DNA from: an uncultured Methanosarcinales archaeon
GTDB taxonomy: Archaea > Nanobdellota > Nanobdellia > Woesearchaeales > DATGWN01
NCBI GenBank assembly: GCA_964565095.1
Contig: CAZMDB010000002.1
Coordinates: forward strand, 1-37,156
Reading direction: 5' to 3'
Length of the DNA stretch: 37,156 nt
The notes beneath the pieces were generated by a model. The model worked only from the letters and a program-made list of their open reading frames with translations. It was not told the DNA's origin and made no database searches. Position numbers and translations under genes: made by a program. The stretch's first letter is position 1, and every line of letters begins with the position of its first letter. Positions 1-8,069 of this stretch are shown here, piece by piece.

Positions 1-746
1 ATCCAGACTTCGTCTCCTACTTTTGCCCGGATATATTCTATTTCAGGATTGACCATTACTGCAAGATTGAAGGGAATGGTCCATGGGGTGGTGGTCCAGA
101 TTATGAGATATTCGTTCTCTTTGTCTTTAAGCTTGAATTTGACAAAGATTGATGTATCAGTAACGGTATGATATTCCAGTTCGTGTTTTGCAAGAGCGGA
201 CTCTGCATTGGCACACCATGTCATGGTTCTGAGGCCTTCGTATAGTCGCCCCTTTTCGTGTGCCTGTTTGATGAGCCACCATTCGGCGTCCATGAATTTT
301 TTTGTAATAGATTGATAGGCGTTCTCAAAATCCATCCAGACGCCGAGCCGCTTGAAGTCCTCGTTCATCGCAAGCATGTTGTCAACAGCTGTCTTTTTGC
401 ACTCTTCAAGGAATTTTTCTGTGCCGATCTGAGCGATATCCTCCTTGCTTGTCAGACCTAATCGCTTCTGTGTCGCATTTTCGACCGGCAGACCGTGCAT
501 GTCATATCCAGCTCTGTCCCAGACGTCGAATCCCTGCATGCGCTTGATCCTAAGAAACATGTCCTTTAGTGATTTATTCCAGGCAGTACCGATGTGGACT
601 TTCCCAGAGGTGTAGGGAGGCCCGTCAAGGAAATAGAATGGCTTTGCGCCTTTGACTTTGTCCTTGGCCTTCCGGTAAATGTTATTCTGCTGCCAAAAAT
701 CAAGGATTGTCGGCTCTATCTGTTGCGGATCGTACTTGTCTGCCAT
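1..746 (-). CDS. ileS: Isoleucyl-tRNA synthetase, N-terminal part; the gene runs off the left edge
   Basis: Absent from the ORF track because it is open at the window edge. Reverse-strand translation from the ATG at 746..744 reads MADKYDPQQIEPTILDFWQQNNIYRKAKDKVKGAKPFYFLDGPPYTSGKVHIGTAWNKSLKDMFLRIKRMQGFDVWDRAGYDMHGLPVE ... IIWTTTPWTIPFNLAVMVNPE. The class I HIGH-type region (PPYTSGKVHIGTAWNK) and the TTTPWT-IP motif fit archaeal-type IleRS. Confidence 0.85.
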   Translation of the reverse strand, partial: MADKYDPQQIEPTILDFWQQNNIYRKAKDKVKGAKPFYFLDGPPYTSGKVHIGTAWNKSLKDMFLRIKRMQGFDVWDRAGYDMHGLPVENATQKRLGLTSKEDIAQIGTEKFLEECKKTAVDNMLAMNEDFKRLGVWMDFENAYQSITKKFMDAEWWLIKQAHEKGRLYEGLRTMTWCANAESALAKHELEYHTVTDTSIFVKFKLKDKENEYLIIWTTTPWTIPFNLAVMVNPEIEYIRAKVGDEVW

Positions 747-767
747 CACGAGGAGATATTGAGGGGT

Positions 768-783
768 AATTTATAAATATTTA
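768..783 (-). promoter_or_regulatory. TATA-box-like element upstream of ileS
   Basis: The minus strand reads TAAATATTTATAAATT. Its centre lies about 29 nt upstream of the ileS ATG (746), a geometry consistent with a leaderless or very short-leader archaeal mRNA. Confidence 0.45.
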
Positions 784-792
784 GGGAGGTTT

Positions 793-3108
793 TTACGTAA
801 CACAAAGACATTGTTTATCTTGGTTATTCCGCTCTGCTGCAATGCAACGCTTAGTTCCTTGCGAGCAACTACAACCACCCCGTACCTCTACCATAACTCC
901 CCATGTATCCCAGCATTCTGCATCTTCATCAAAAAAGAATCCTCCACCAAGCACTCTTCCTGAAATACCACCTGATGAAGGTGCATCTGCACATTCCCAC
1001 TGTCCTGTCCCCGAGACGTTGAATTTGATAATCTGATCTGTAGCACACGTCGGAAGAGAGGAGCCACTGTTAGCCTTACAACAACGGGCAAATATGCGAT
1101 TCTCTCCAACCTGATCACCTACGCAAGTATTGGCTTCCATAATCTCATCATTATCACTTGGTTGATTTACGGTACTGGCTGAACAACCTGTCATGATCCA
1201 TCCGTTTTCCAAATTACATGTAAGTGCAGGCGCTCTATCACTACTGCGAAGGCTCGTGATAAAAACATCACTAAAAGAATAATCAACGCCTGCAGTTGAA
1301 GTTTCAATATTCGTACTCTGGATACCGGTATCTTGAGTTTGACTTGCCAAACCGGTGACACACTCAAAACCCGCTATGCCACTAACATCTCCACACTCCC
1401 ATGCACCACTCGTATCATTATAGACAACAGTCTGGCCATCGCCGCAGGTCGGAAGGGATGAATCAGAGCCGCCTGTAACCGCATCTTCCTGCACGTAATA
1501 GCCCTCGAGATAGAAGTGTATACCGTAGCAAACATTTCCCTGTTCAGCCGTTGTAACATTCCATGGCATAACTGACGGATTACTTGAATCCAAGGGGACA
1601 ACAATAGTTCCCTGATTCTGCCCTTCTCCATCACCATCTGAATACTCTCGCCCATCAACGTGAGCAACAGGCCGATTTGCTGCACCCGCAGAAAGAAATA
1701 CCACAGAATTGCCCGCATTGGAATCAACATTTATCAGCCCCCTCAGCATTGCATGAGTTGCTCCGTCAGGGACGGATGGTAATGAGAGCGTACCACTCTT
1801 CGTATGCTCAGGAGTATCTTGATTAGTAACACCGATACGTTCGAAATGGTTGTAGTGCGGCACAAACGTCAGACCGGAAAGAGGGGTTGATGATCCGCCA
1901 CTCCCTGCACTCGAACCCGCGCCATATCCTTGAACCTCAAGACGATATCTTTGAGGAGTATCAGCGTCACCAACTAGCCAATCTACTTTACCTCCCTCAA
2001 CAGGGATCCACATACCGTTACTATTCGGTCTGTACGAGTCAAAATGACTTTCGACCAAATATTTCCATGTGCTTTGAGAGGGTAGTTTATACTTTATATG
2101 TGAGCCTTCGCCTTTTACAGCATCATCAATTGTTCCAAACAATAAAATTTCTTTTGTATCTGCAGGTAGCCCTAAATCGCTTACATTAATAGTTCCAGTT
2201 CCACCGGAGCTTCCATTAAGATAAATTACTTCAGGATCATCAAGTATATGTCTCTCTATTGAATCACCAGAACCTCCACTTTCTCCAGATCCTGATCCTA
2301 TGCAACCATTGCTATCACAGATCGTTCCGCTCGCTTTGATATTGCCTACAACATCCAACCTTTCGCTCGGATTACCGTTATTGAGGCCCACATAGCCCGT
2401 TTCATGATCGATCACCATGTGATTGTATCCATTGGTAGGCGTTTCGAAGTACCCGATGTGCAGATCATCCTCTGAATAGTTGCCACTATCATTCTTGTGC
2501 GCAATGTACCAGCGATTATTGCCATCTACTGTCTCATCATCCAGATAGACGCCAGAATATATCTGGCTATCTGATCCTGCTATCGCAACATATCCTTGGG
2601 TGGTGCTTGCTTTCACCCTGACTCCTTGGCTCGTCTGGACGACACCGTCGACGTCCAGCTTATGCTGAGGATTCTTAGTTCCGATACCCACGTTCCCGCG
2701 ATAGACGTACGAATCGCCATCAGCTCTGAGGACAGTGGAGATATCATCATCATGGTAGATGGCCAACTGTCCCGGTCCTGAGTCCGAGGGCCTGCGTATG
2801 TTGACATCTCCGTCTCCAGGAATGATATTGATTGACCCGTCATTTGTGCGGATGCCTTGATTCTCACCGGAGGGTATAAGTTGAATCCATCGACCGGATT
2901 CGTCCTCTGCGCGAATATTGTCAAGAACTCTGAGTTCTTTTTCCAAGATAATATGCTGTAGTGTAACTTCCATCTGACTGGCAAGCGTATCACTTATCGA
3001 GGGCACCCATATCTCATCGAATTCATGATACTGCGCTGGTGCTGCCGACACAACAGAAACTACCATTATCGCAAGAAGAAAGACCGTGATATATTTTGCC
3101 TGCCGCAT
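793..3108 (-). CDS. Secreted tail-fibre-like, Cys-rich surface protein of unknown function
   Basis: I placed the start at the internal ATG 3108 (MRQAKYITVFLLAIMVVSVVSAAPAQ), which gives a signal peptide; the track start at 3216 adds a non-signal extension. Two motifs occur: GNVGIGTKNPQHKLDVDG and GYVGLNNGNPSERLDVVGNIKASGTICDSNGCIG. A Gly/Ser linker (SGSGESGGSGDS) follows. The Cys-rich C-terminus has two LPTC-x(n)-WEC-D hairpin motifs. Stop is TAA at 793. Confidence 0.7.
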   Translation of the reverse strand: MRQAKYITVFLLAIMVVSVVSAAPAQYHEFDEIWVPSISDTLASQMEVTLQHIILEKELRVLDNIRAEDESGRWIQLIPSGENQGIRTNDGSINIIPGDGDVNIRRPSDSGPGQLAIYHDDDISTVLRADGDSYVYRGNVGIGTKNPQHKLDVDGVVQTSQGVRVKASTTQGYVAIAGSDSQIYSGVYLDDETVDGNNRWYIAHKNDSGNYSEDDLHIGYFETPTNGYNHMVIDHETGYVGLNNGNPSERLDVVGNIKASGTICDSNGCIGSGSGESGGSGDSIERHILDDPEVIYLNGSSGGTGTINVSDLGLPADTKEILLFGTIDDAVKGEGSHIKYKLPSQSTWKYLVESHFDSYRPNSNGMWIPVEGGKVDWLVGDADTPQRYRLEVQGYGAGSSAGSGGSSTPLSGLTFVPHYNHFERIGVTNQDTPEHTKSGTLSLPSVPDGATHAMLRGLINVDSNAGNSVVFLSAGAANRPVAHVDGREYSDGDGEGQNQGTIVVPLDSSNPSVMPWNVTTAEQGNVCYGIHFYLEGYYVQEDAVTGGSDSSLPTCGDGQTVVYNDTSGAWECGDVSGIAGFECVTGLASQTQDTGIQSTNIETSTAGVDYSFSDVFITSLRSSDRAPALTCNLENGWIMTGCSASTVNQPSDNDEIMEANTCVGDQVGENRIFARCCKANSGSSLPTCATDQIIKFNVSGTGQWECADAPSSGGISGRVLGGGFFFDEDAECWDTWGVMVEVRGGCSCSQGTKRCIAAERNNQDKQCLCVT

Positions 3109-3145
3109 TCTACTACCCTCTTTAGAACAAATCCGTGATTGGAAC

Positions 3146-3158
3146 TTTAAAAATATTA
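3146..3158 (-). promoter_or_regulatory. Candidate TATA box for the 793..3108 gene
   Basis: Minus strand reads TAATATTTTTAAA, about 42 nt upstream of the ATG at 3108. It sits in the divergent intergenic region shared with trxA. Confidence 0.35.
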
Positions 3159-3246
3159 CCTTTCTCCAAACCTTGCAGCACTTAAACGATATCTCCGCAC
3201 TACCAGAACTGCGCAAAAATCACTGTTATCCGCAGTCCTCCGCTTC

Positions 3247-3256
3247 TTTTATAAAA
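3247..3256 (+). promoter_or_regulatory. Candidate TATA box for the trxA operon
   Basis: TTTTATAAAA lies about 45 nt upstream of the ATG at 3297. Confidence 0.35.
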
Positions 3257-3296
3257 CAGCAGCAACATAACAGTACCGACAAATAATAGCAGTTCA

Positions 3297-3632
3297 ATGG
3301 TGATACCAATGGTACAAAATGCAACAACTGAAGTTTTCAAGACTACACTAGCAGAATCCGACAAGCCGGTGGTCGTCGATTTCTGGGCGCCCTGGTGCGG
3401 ACCCTGCCAACGTATGGGCCCCATCTTTCAGGAATTGGCAGATGAGCTTGCTGACCAGATGACGCTAATCAAGGTGAATGTGGATGAAGAGGGTGCTCTT
3501 GCACAGCAGTTCGGCATCCAGTCCATCCCATCGATCGTGATCTTCAAAGACGGAAAAGAGGTCGACAGGATTATGGGCGTTGCTCCGAAAGATACACTGA
3601 AGCAACAGATAGAGCAGATCGCCGCAGACTGA
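3297..3632 (+). CDS. trxA: Thioredoxin
   Basis: Contains VVVDFWAPWCGPC (the canonical WCGPC active site). Thioredoxin-fold length of 111 aa, and a ...IPSIVIFKDGKEV... cis-Pro region. The start could also be the ATG at 3309. Confidence 0.9.
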   Translation: MVIPMVQNATTEVFKTTLAESDKPVVVDFWAPWCGPCQRMGPIFQELADELADQMTLIKVNVDEEGALAQQFGIQSIPSIVIFKDGKEVDRIMGVAPKDTLKQQIEQIAAD

Positions 3633-3671
3633 TTGCACTGATCGAACGCTGACCAAGAAGGAGGAGAAAAG

Positions 3672-4976
3672 ATGAAGGATCTCTATCATAAGCTGCTCAA
3701 GGCACTGGCACACTTCCAGGTAGAGCATCCTGTTTTTTCCCTCCTCCTTATCGCCGCCCTGACCACGATGATATTCGGTGGAGTCGGCCAGGTGCGTACG
3801 GTTGCTTCCCTGGAACAGATGATGCCCAAGGAAGTAGAAGAGATCAAAGCATTCGATACCCTGCGCGACAATCACATGGGACAAGACATGATTGCCGTGG
3901 TCGTGCAACTGGACCGACATTCCAGCCTTGAAGAAGAAGCAGTCATGGATATGCGTGACTATGAAGTATACTCCTATGTACGGACACTCAAGGATGCGAT
4001 GGCAGATGAGCCTGATGTACTGGAAGTATATGCCTTCAGTGATATCATCGATCTCCAGACCGGAGATGATGCGCCCGTGGACCAACATACCTATACTGCG
4101 CTCATGCAGGAATCCTGGGCCGCTGGACTCATGGATGAATACATCAATGATGACGCCCGGATCACCATCGTGCTTGCGACGACCGATGTCAGCGCAGATG
4201 ATCCCAGGATGAACCTGCTATCCAGCCAGATCAGAGAACATGTGAGCAGCATAGGGAAACCCCCGGGCACAGAAATCCTCTTTACCGGGACACCTATCAT
4301 CCAGCAGCGTCTGGGAGATCTTATCAGCGCCGACCGGAAAAATACGCAGTGGATTTCCACTTTACTGGTCTTTATCATCACGATGATCATCTTCGGTACG
4401 TTTACCAGCGCCCTGGTTCCTATAGTGATCGTGACTCTCAGTGTCAATTGGCTATACGGTACAATGGGCTATGCAGGCCTTCCCATATCTACGCTTGCAG
4501 GAGGAGTGGCTGCTATGGTGGTCGGTATCGGCATAGACTTCGCTATCCACATCATGAATAAATTCAAGTATGAACGGAAAAAGGGCCTGTCAGTAAAACA
4601 GGCTATCGAGCAGGCGGTGGTGGATACAGGAACTGCGCTGACTGCTACGTCAGTAACTACTATTGCTGCGTTCCTTGCCTTCCTGGTAGGAGTCATGCCA
4701 GAGATGGGACGCTTCGGCATCCTCATGGCTATCGGCATCAGTTACTCGCTGCTGTTCAGTCTTGTGGGTCTGCCCGCTCTCCTGGTCATCGAGGAGCGTC
4801 TGATCTATGCGCTACAGAAAAAAATGGCCTTCGGGGTCGAGGGAGAGCTTCATCTTGTCAGTGATCGGCCCGGCTGCGAACCCAGCCAGCATCCGTTTAG
4901 CTTGCGCACCATCGCCAAGAAACTGATGGGAAAGAGAAGACCGCCGACATCAGGTGTTCAGGGGGGTAAAGAATGA
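3672..4976 (+). CDS. RND-superfamily exporter, HAE3/MMPL-type, first half (1 TM + ectodomain + 5-TM bundle)
   Basis: A strong SD (AAGGAGGAG) precedes the ATG. The protein has an N-terminal TM, a soluble loop of about 200 aa, then a hydrophobic bundle with VGIGIDFAIHIMN (the MMPL/RND TM4-type GxGxDFxIH motif). Its stop overlaps the next ATG (ATGA at 4973-4976). Confidence 0.75.
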   Translation: MKDLYHKLLKALAHFQVEHPVFSLLLIAALTTMIFGGVGQVRTVASLEQMMPKEVEEIKAFDTLRDNHMGQDMIAVVVQLDRHSSLEEEAVMDMRDYEVYSYVRTLKDAMADEPDVLEVYAFSDIIDLQTGDDAPVDQHTYTALMQESWAAGLMDEYINDDARITIVLATTDVSADDPRMNLLSSQIREHVSSIGKPPGTEILFTGTPIIQQRLGDLISADRKNTQWISTLLVFIITMIIFGTFTSALVPIVIVTLSVNWLYGTMGYAGLPISTLAGGVAAMVVGIGIDFAIHIMNKFKYERKKGLSVKQAIEQAVVDTGTALTATSVTTIAAFLAFLVGVMPEMGRFGILMAIGISYSLLFSLVGLPALLVIEERLIYALQKKMAFGVEGELHLVSDRPGCEPSQHPFSLRTIAKKLMGKRRPPTSGVQGGKE

Positions 4977-6088
4977 ATCTCGAAAAGATTGCGAGATGGA
5001 TTGTCGGAAATCAGATACGGCGTCCGCTGCTCTTCCTCGCTGCCTTTGCAGTGATTACGCTATTACTGGTGCCAGGGATTTTCCAGCTAGTCTCCCATGT
5101 GGAGCCTTCTTTGGAGAAGGTCCTGCCACAGGACATCCGGCAGGTGCGCACGATGAACGAGATGCGCACCCAGTTTGGTGCTGACATGATGTATCTGCTG
5201 GTCTATGCAGACCCTCCTGTCACAGATATCCGTAATCCGCAGTTCCTGTCGTACGTCGATAGTCTGGGACAAAAGATACGCACCCGTGAACATGTCGAGG
5301 ATGTACAATCAGTGGTGGACCGAATACGCCTGCAGCATCAGAACATCCCGGGAAGTCTTGCGCAGACCGAAGATATCCTTGCACGTGATCCTTTCGCTGC
5401 ACAGTTCATTTCCGAAGATTACAGCTTCACCGTCATACGAGTCCGCTCTGATACAGGCGCAAGCGCTGAACTTGTGACAAAGGTAATTGAAGGGATAGAA
5501 GCGGATATCGCCTCCCTTGAGCCTGTCAACCCTGGTGCCCGGGTGCAGATCACCGGATTCAACGCAATAGATAAGGCGACCTTTGAGGTCATCATGTCGG
5601 ATTTCCTGCGGATAACCATAATCAGTATGCTACTGGTGGGTATTGTTGTTTTTGCTACCTTCCGGTCGTTGAGAAAAGGCATGCTCCCGATGGTCGTGGT
5701 GATGACCGCGCTTCTGTGGACTATGGGAATTGTCGGATATCTTGGGCTTACCATCACTGTGGTCTCCATGGTCGCAGCTGCTATGATCATGGGGCTTGGT
5801 ATCGATTTCGGCATCCATGTGGTCCATAGCTACTACCATCTGCGACAAGAGGGGAAGGGCTCAAAGAGTGCTATGAAAGACACAATGCAGGAGCTTCTGC
5901 GAGCGATGATGGGAGCCTCCTTCACGACCATATCCGGGTTTTTAGCTCTGCTGTTCGGCATCCTGCCAGCAATGAAGAACCTAGGAATCATACTTGCTAT
6001 CGGCATATTCACTACTTTGCTTGGCGCGGTATTCCTGCTGCCGGTAATCGTGGTGCTTACTGACCGACAAAAAACAACTGTAAGGTGA
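4973..6088 (+). CDS. RND-superfamily exporter, HAE3/MMPL-type, second half
   Basis: Same architecture as the first half: an N-terminal TM (RRPLLFLAAFAVITLLLVPG), an ectodomain, then a bundle with MGLGIDFGIHVVH. The 4-nt overlap with the upstream half implies translational coupling. Confidence 0.75.
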   Translation: MNLEKIARWIVGNQIRRPLLFLAAFAVITLLLVPGIFQLVSHVEPSLEKVLPQDIRQVRTMNEMRTQFGADMMYLLVYADPPVTDIRNPQFLSYVDSLGQKIRTREHVEDVQSVVDRIRLQHQNIPGSLAQTEDILARDPFAAQFISEDYSFTVIRVRSDTGASAELVTKVIEGIEADIASLEPVNPGARVQITGFNAIDKATFEVIMSDFLRITIISMLLVGIVVFATFRSLRKGMLPMVVVMTALLWTMGIVGYLGLTITVVSMVAAAMIMGLGIDFGIHVVHSYYHLRQEGKGSKSAMKDTMQELLRAMMGASFTTISGFLALLFGILPAMKNLGIILAIGIFTTLLGAVFLLPVIVVLTDRQKTTVR

Positions 6089-6093
6089 TACTC

Positions 6094-7383
6094 ATGAAAG
6101 ACATGCACAATCAAGAAACAAGAAAGAAAACGAGAATGACATACAAGACGATAATGACACTGCTCCTTTTCGCAGTTGCTCTTGTAGCCATACCCTCAGC
6201 ATCTGCAGGCCTAGCCCTGGATCAGATCACATTCGACCCAGCCATCATTGCAGCTGGAGACACGGTGGATATCGTCATACAGTACAGGGATAATGCTGTG
6301 CCGGATGACGACAGCCGCATCGGCGATCCAGATTACACGTTCCGCGTACGCATTGCTCCGGATGACGAACTGACCCGTGATTATGTGACGATTGAAGATG
6401 CACAGGGCGATAACACGCATGGGAGTGTGTTACGCGGAGCGTATTACAGCAAGCGGTTCCGAGTGCGCGTCGATACTGATGCTCCAGCAGGCTCGTACGA
6501 GTTCCGTCTTATCGGACAATGGTATAAGAATGGAGCTCCTGAAGGAGGAGAGCAGTCTGTGCGTTTCCAGATGCCAGTCAAGAGAGAGGGTATCATCCTT
6601 GATGTAGCAAGCCTCACTACACTGCCTTTGGAAGTGCGTCCGGGCGACAACTATGTCGAGATCCATACGTTCCTTGAGAACGTGGGAGAAAAGGATGCAA
6701 AATTTGTGGAAGTGGTTCTGGAAAGCCCTGAAGGCATCGAACCATCCTATTCAGATAACAACCGTGTCTGGGCAGGCCGGGTCAATAGTGGAGAGCAGAA
6801 AGAAACTGTCTTTTCCCTGGATCTTGATGAGGATCTCAAGCCGGGAGTCCACATGATCCGCTATCAGTTATCGTACATGGATGTGGATGACAATATGTAT
6901 AGCAAATCGATCGAGCTCCCGCTTCGCGTGAAAGGTCGCCCGTATCTGGAAGTGGTCTCCAGCAAAGGGACAGCATATGCTGGATCTAACGGACAATTGC
7001 AGGTAGTGATCAAGAACACGGGATCCGAAAGTGCGGAATCTGTTGATGTGCGTATCATCAAACAGAATGCACAGCCCTTCAGCATAGATGTCCGTAGTGA
7101 CTACATCGGAGAACTGGAGACCGGTGAGGAAGGAACAGCGATATTCGAGATTGATGTGTCACCTGATGCTGCAATCAAAGAGCATGATCTCAAACTGCTC
7201 ATCCGATCAAAAGGAGACAGCGATGAAGGTGATGATACCATCTACACCTACAATCGCAGGGCGGCCTTCACCGTCGATGGCAAAGCTCCCAACAAGCTGC
7301 TGTGGACGGGAGGTATCGCTGGCGCGATAATTGTGGCAGTGTTTGCCGTGTATACGATGAAGAAAGGAGGTAGTAAAAAATGA
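6094..7383 (+). CDS. CARDB/COG1361-like cell-surface protein with signal peptide and C-terminal TM anchor
   Basis: ATG at 6094 is preceded by AGGTGA; the track start at 6085 is GTG. Signal peptide is MTLLLFAVALVAIPSASAG. There are repeated beta-sandwich-like modules (for example VVIKNTGSESAESVDVRI). The C-terminal anchor is GGIAGAIIVAVFAVYTMKKGGSKK. Confidence 0.65.
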   Translation: MKDMHNQETRKKTRMTYKTIMTLLLFAVALVAIPSASAGLALDQITFDPAIIAAGDTVDIVIQYRDNAVPDDDSRIGDPDYTFRVRIAPDDELTRDYVTIEDAQGDNTHGSVLRGAYYSKRFRVRVDTDAPAGSYEFRLIGQWYKNGAPEGGEQSVRFQMPVKREGIILDVASLTTLPLEVRPGDNYVEIHTFLENVGEKDAKFVEVVLESPEGIEPSYSDNNRVWAGRVNSGEQKETVFSLDLDEDLKPGVHMIRYQLSYMDVDDNMYSKSIELPLRVKGRPYLEVVSSKGTAYAGSNGQLQVVIKNTGSESAESVDVRIIKQNAQPFSIDVRSDYIGELETGEEGTAIFEIDVSPDAAIKEHDLKLLIRSKGDSDEGDDTIYTYNRRAAFTVDGKAPNKLLWTGGIAGAIIVAVFAVYTMKKGGSKK

Positions 7384-7577
7384 AAAGACTGAGAAGAGAG
7401 AATGTTATCCGGATCTTTGCAGGAGGTCTGGTGTTCATATCAACGCTACTCGGGGCACTGCATAACCCCTACTGGCTGCTGCTGACCATGTTTGTGGGAC
7501 TTAATCTGTTCCAATTCGGATTCAGCGGCTGGTGTCCACTGGATATTATGCTCAGGAAGCTTGGTGTCCCTCGCTGA
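7380..7577 (+). CDS. DUF2892 (YgaP-like) small membrane protein
   Basis: 65 aa with two hydrophobic helices and the characteristic conserved-Cys end ...FQFGFSGWCPLDIMLRKLG. ATGA overlap with the upstream gene. Confidence 0.7.
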   Translation: MKRLRRENVIRIFAGGLVFISTLLGALHNPYWLLLTMFVGLNLFQFGFSGWCPLDIMLRKLGVPR

Positions 7578-7721
7578 CGGATATGCAGAAAGGACAGAGA
7601 AGGTCTTTGGCGGGCAAGAAGATATGGTCGGCTGCAGGAATTCTGAATCTTTTGTGATTCTGGAGACACATATGCTTTGATAACGATAGATTGAAAAATC
7701 CGAAGATGCTATGGTGATGCT

Positions 7722-8069
7722 ATGATAGACTTTGCATGCACGGAATTCAGGCTTGATGAGATCATCAAGTGCGGACTGGGACTGACCAAGGCTGAGTATC
7801 AGATCTTCACATTCCTTGTGGAGCATGGTGATGATGCATATACCACGGACATGCTGGAGAAGGGATTGGACCTAGACCGCACAACTATCCAGAGGACTGT
7901 GAAGAAACTGCATGAGCGGCAGGTCGTAGAGCGCCATCAGCGCAACCAGGAGGGCGGGGGTTATTTCTATCTCTATCAGTCGAAGCCGAAACCTGCTATA
8001 CGCAAGGTGTTTCTCGACATTGTCCACAACTGGATGCGTACAGTTGAGACACATCTGAAAGAATGGTGA
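7722..8069 (+). CDS. Winged-helix transcriptional regulator (MarR/TrmB-like)
   Basis: 115 aa. LTKAEYQIFTFLVEHGDDAYTTDMLEKGLDLDRTTIQRTVKKLHERQVVERHQ reads as helix-turn-helix plus wing. The family-level call is only approximate. Confidence 0.6.
   Translation: MIDFACTEFRLDEIIKCGLGLTKAEYQIFTFLVEHGDDAYTTDMLEKGLDLDRTTIQRTVKKLHERQVVERHQRNQEGGGYFYLYQSKPKPAIRKVFLDIVHNWMRTVETHLKEW

Noticed and set aside
3109-3216. N-terminal extensions given by the ORF track. They are 3109-3216, 28064-28117, 19901-19948, 35983-36033, 17019-17033 and 9015-9041
   Set aside because: The track uses the first ATG/GTG/TTG. In each case an internal ATG yields a proper signal peptide or domain start. That ATG also has a Shine-Dalgarno-like box, an ATGA overlap or a correctly spaced TATA box, and the extension would run through promoter or repeat sequence.
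3465-4088. Long antisense or nested ORFs in the track. Examples: 3465..4088, 1374..1730, 5419..5814, 12246..12794, 13608..14033, 15490..15933, 16093..16578, 19568..20180, 23990..24547, 30604..31077 and 30933..31472
   Set aside because: Each lies entirely inside, and antisense or out of frame to, a gene with strong family motifs. Their translations are low-complexity or Ser/Arg/Leu-rich shadows without motifs, start-site signals or promoters.
4973-4976. The RND split as a frameshift pseudogene or sequencing error
   Set aside because: The junction is a clean ATGA stop/start overlap, like other coupled genes in the window. The second half begins with its own N-terminal basic segment plus TM, mirroring the first half. 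Both halves have intact GxGIDFxIH bundles. Comparison with relatives is still worthwhile.
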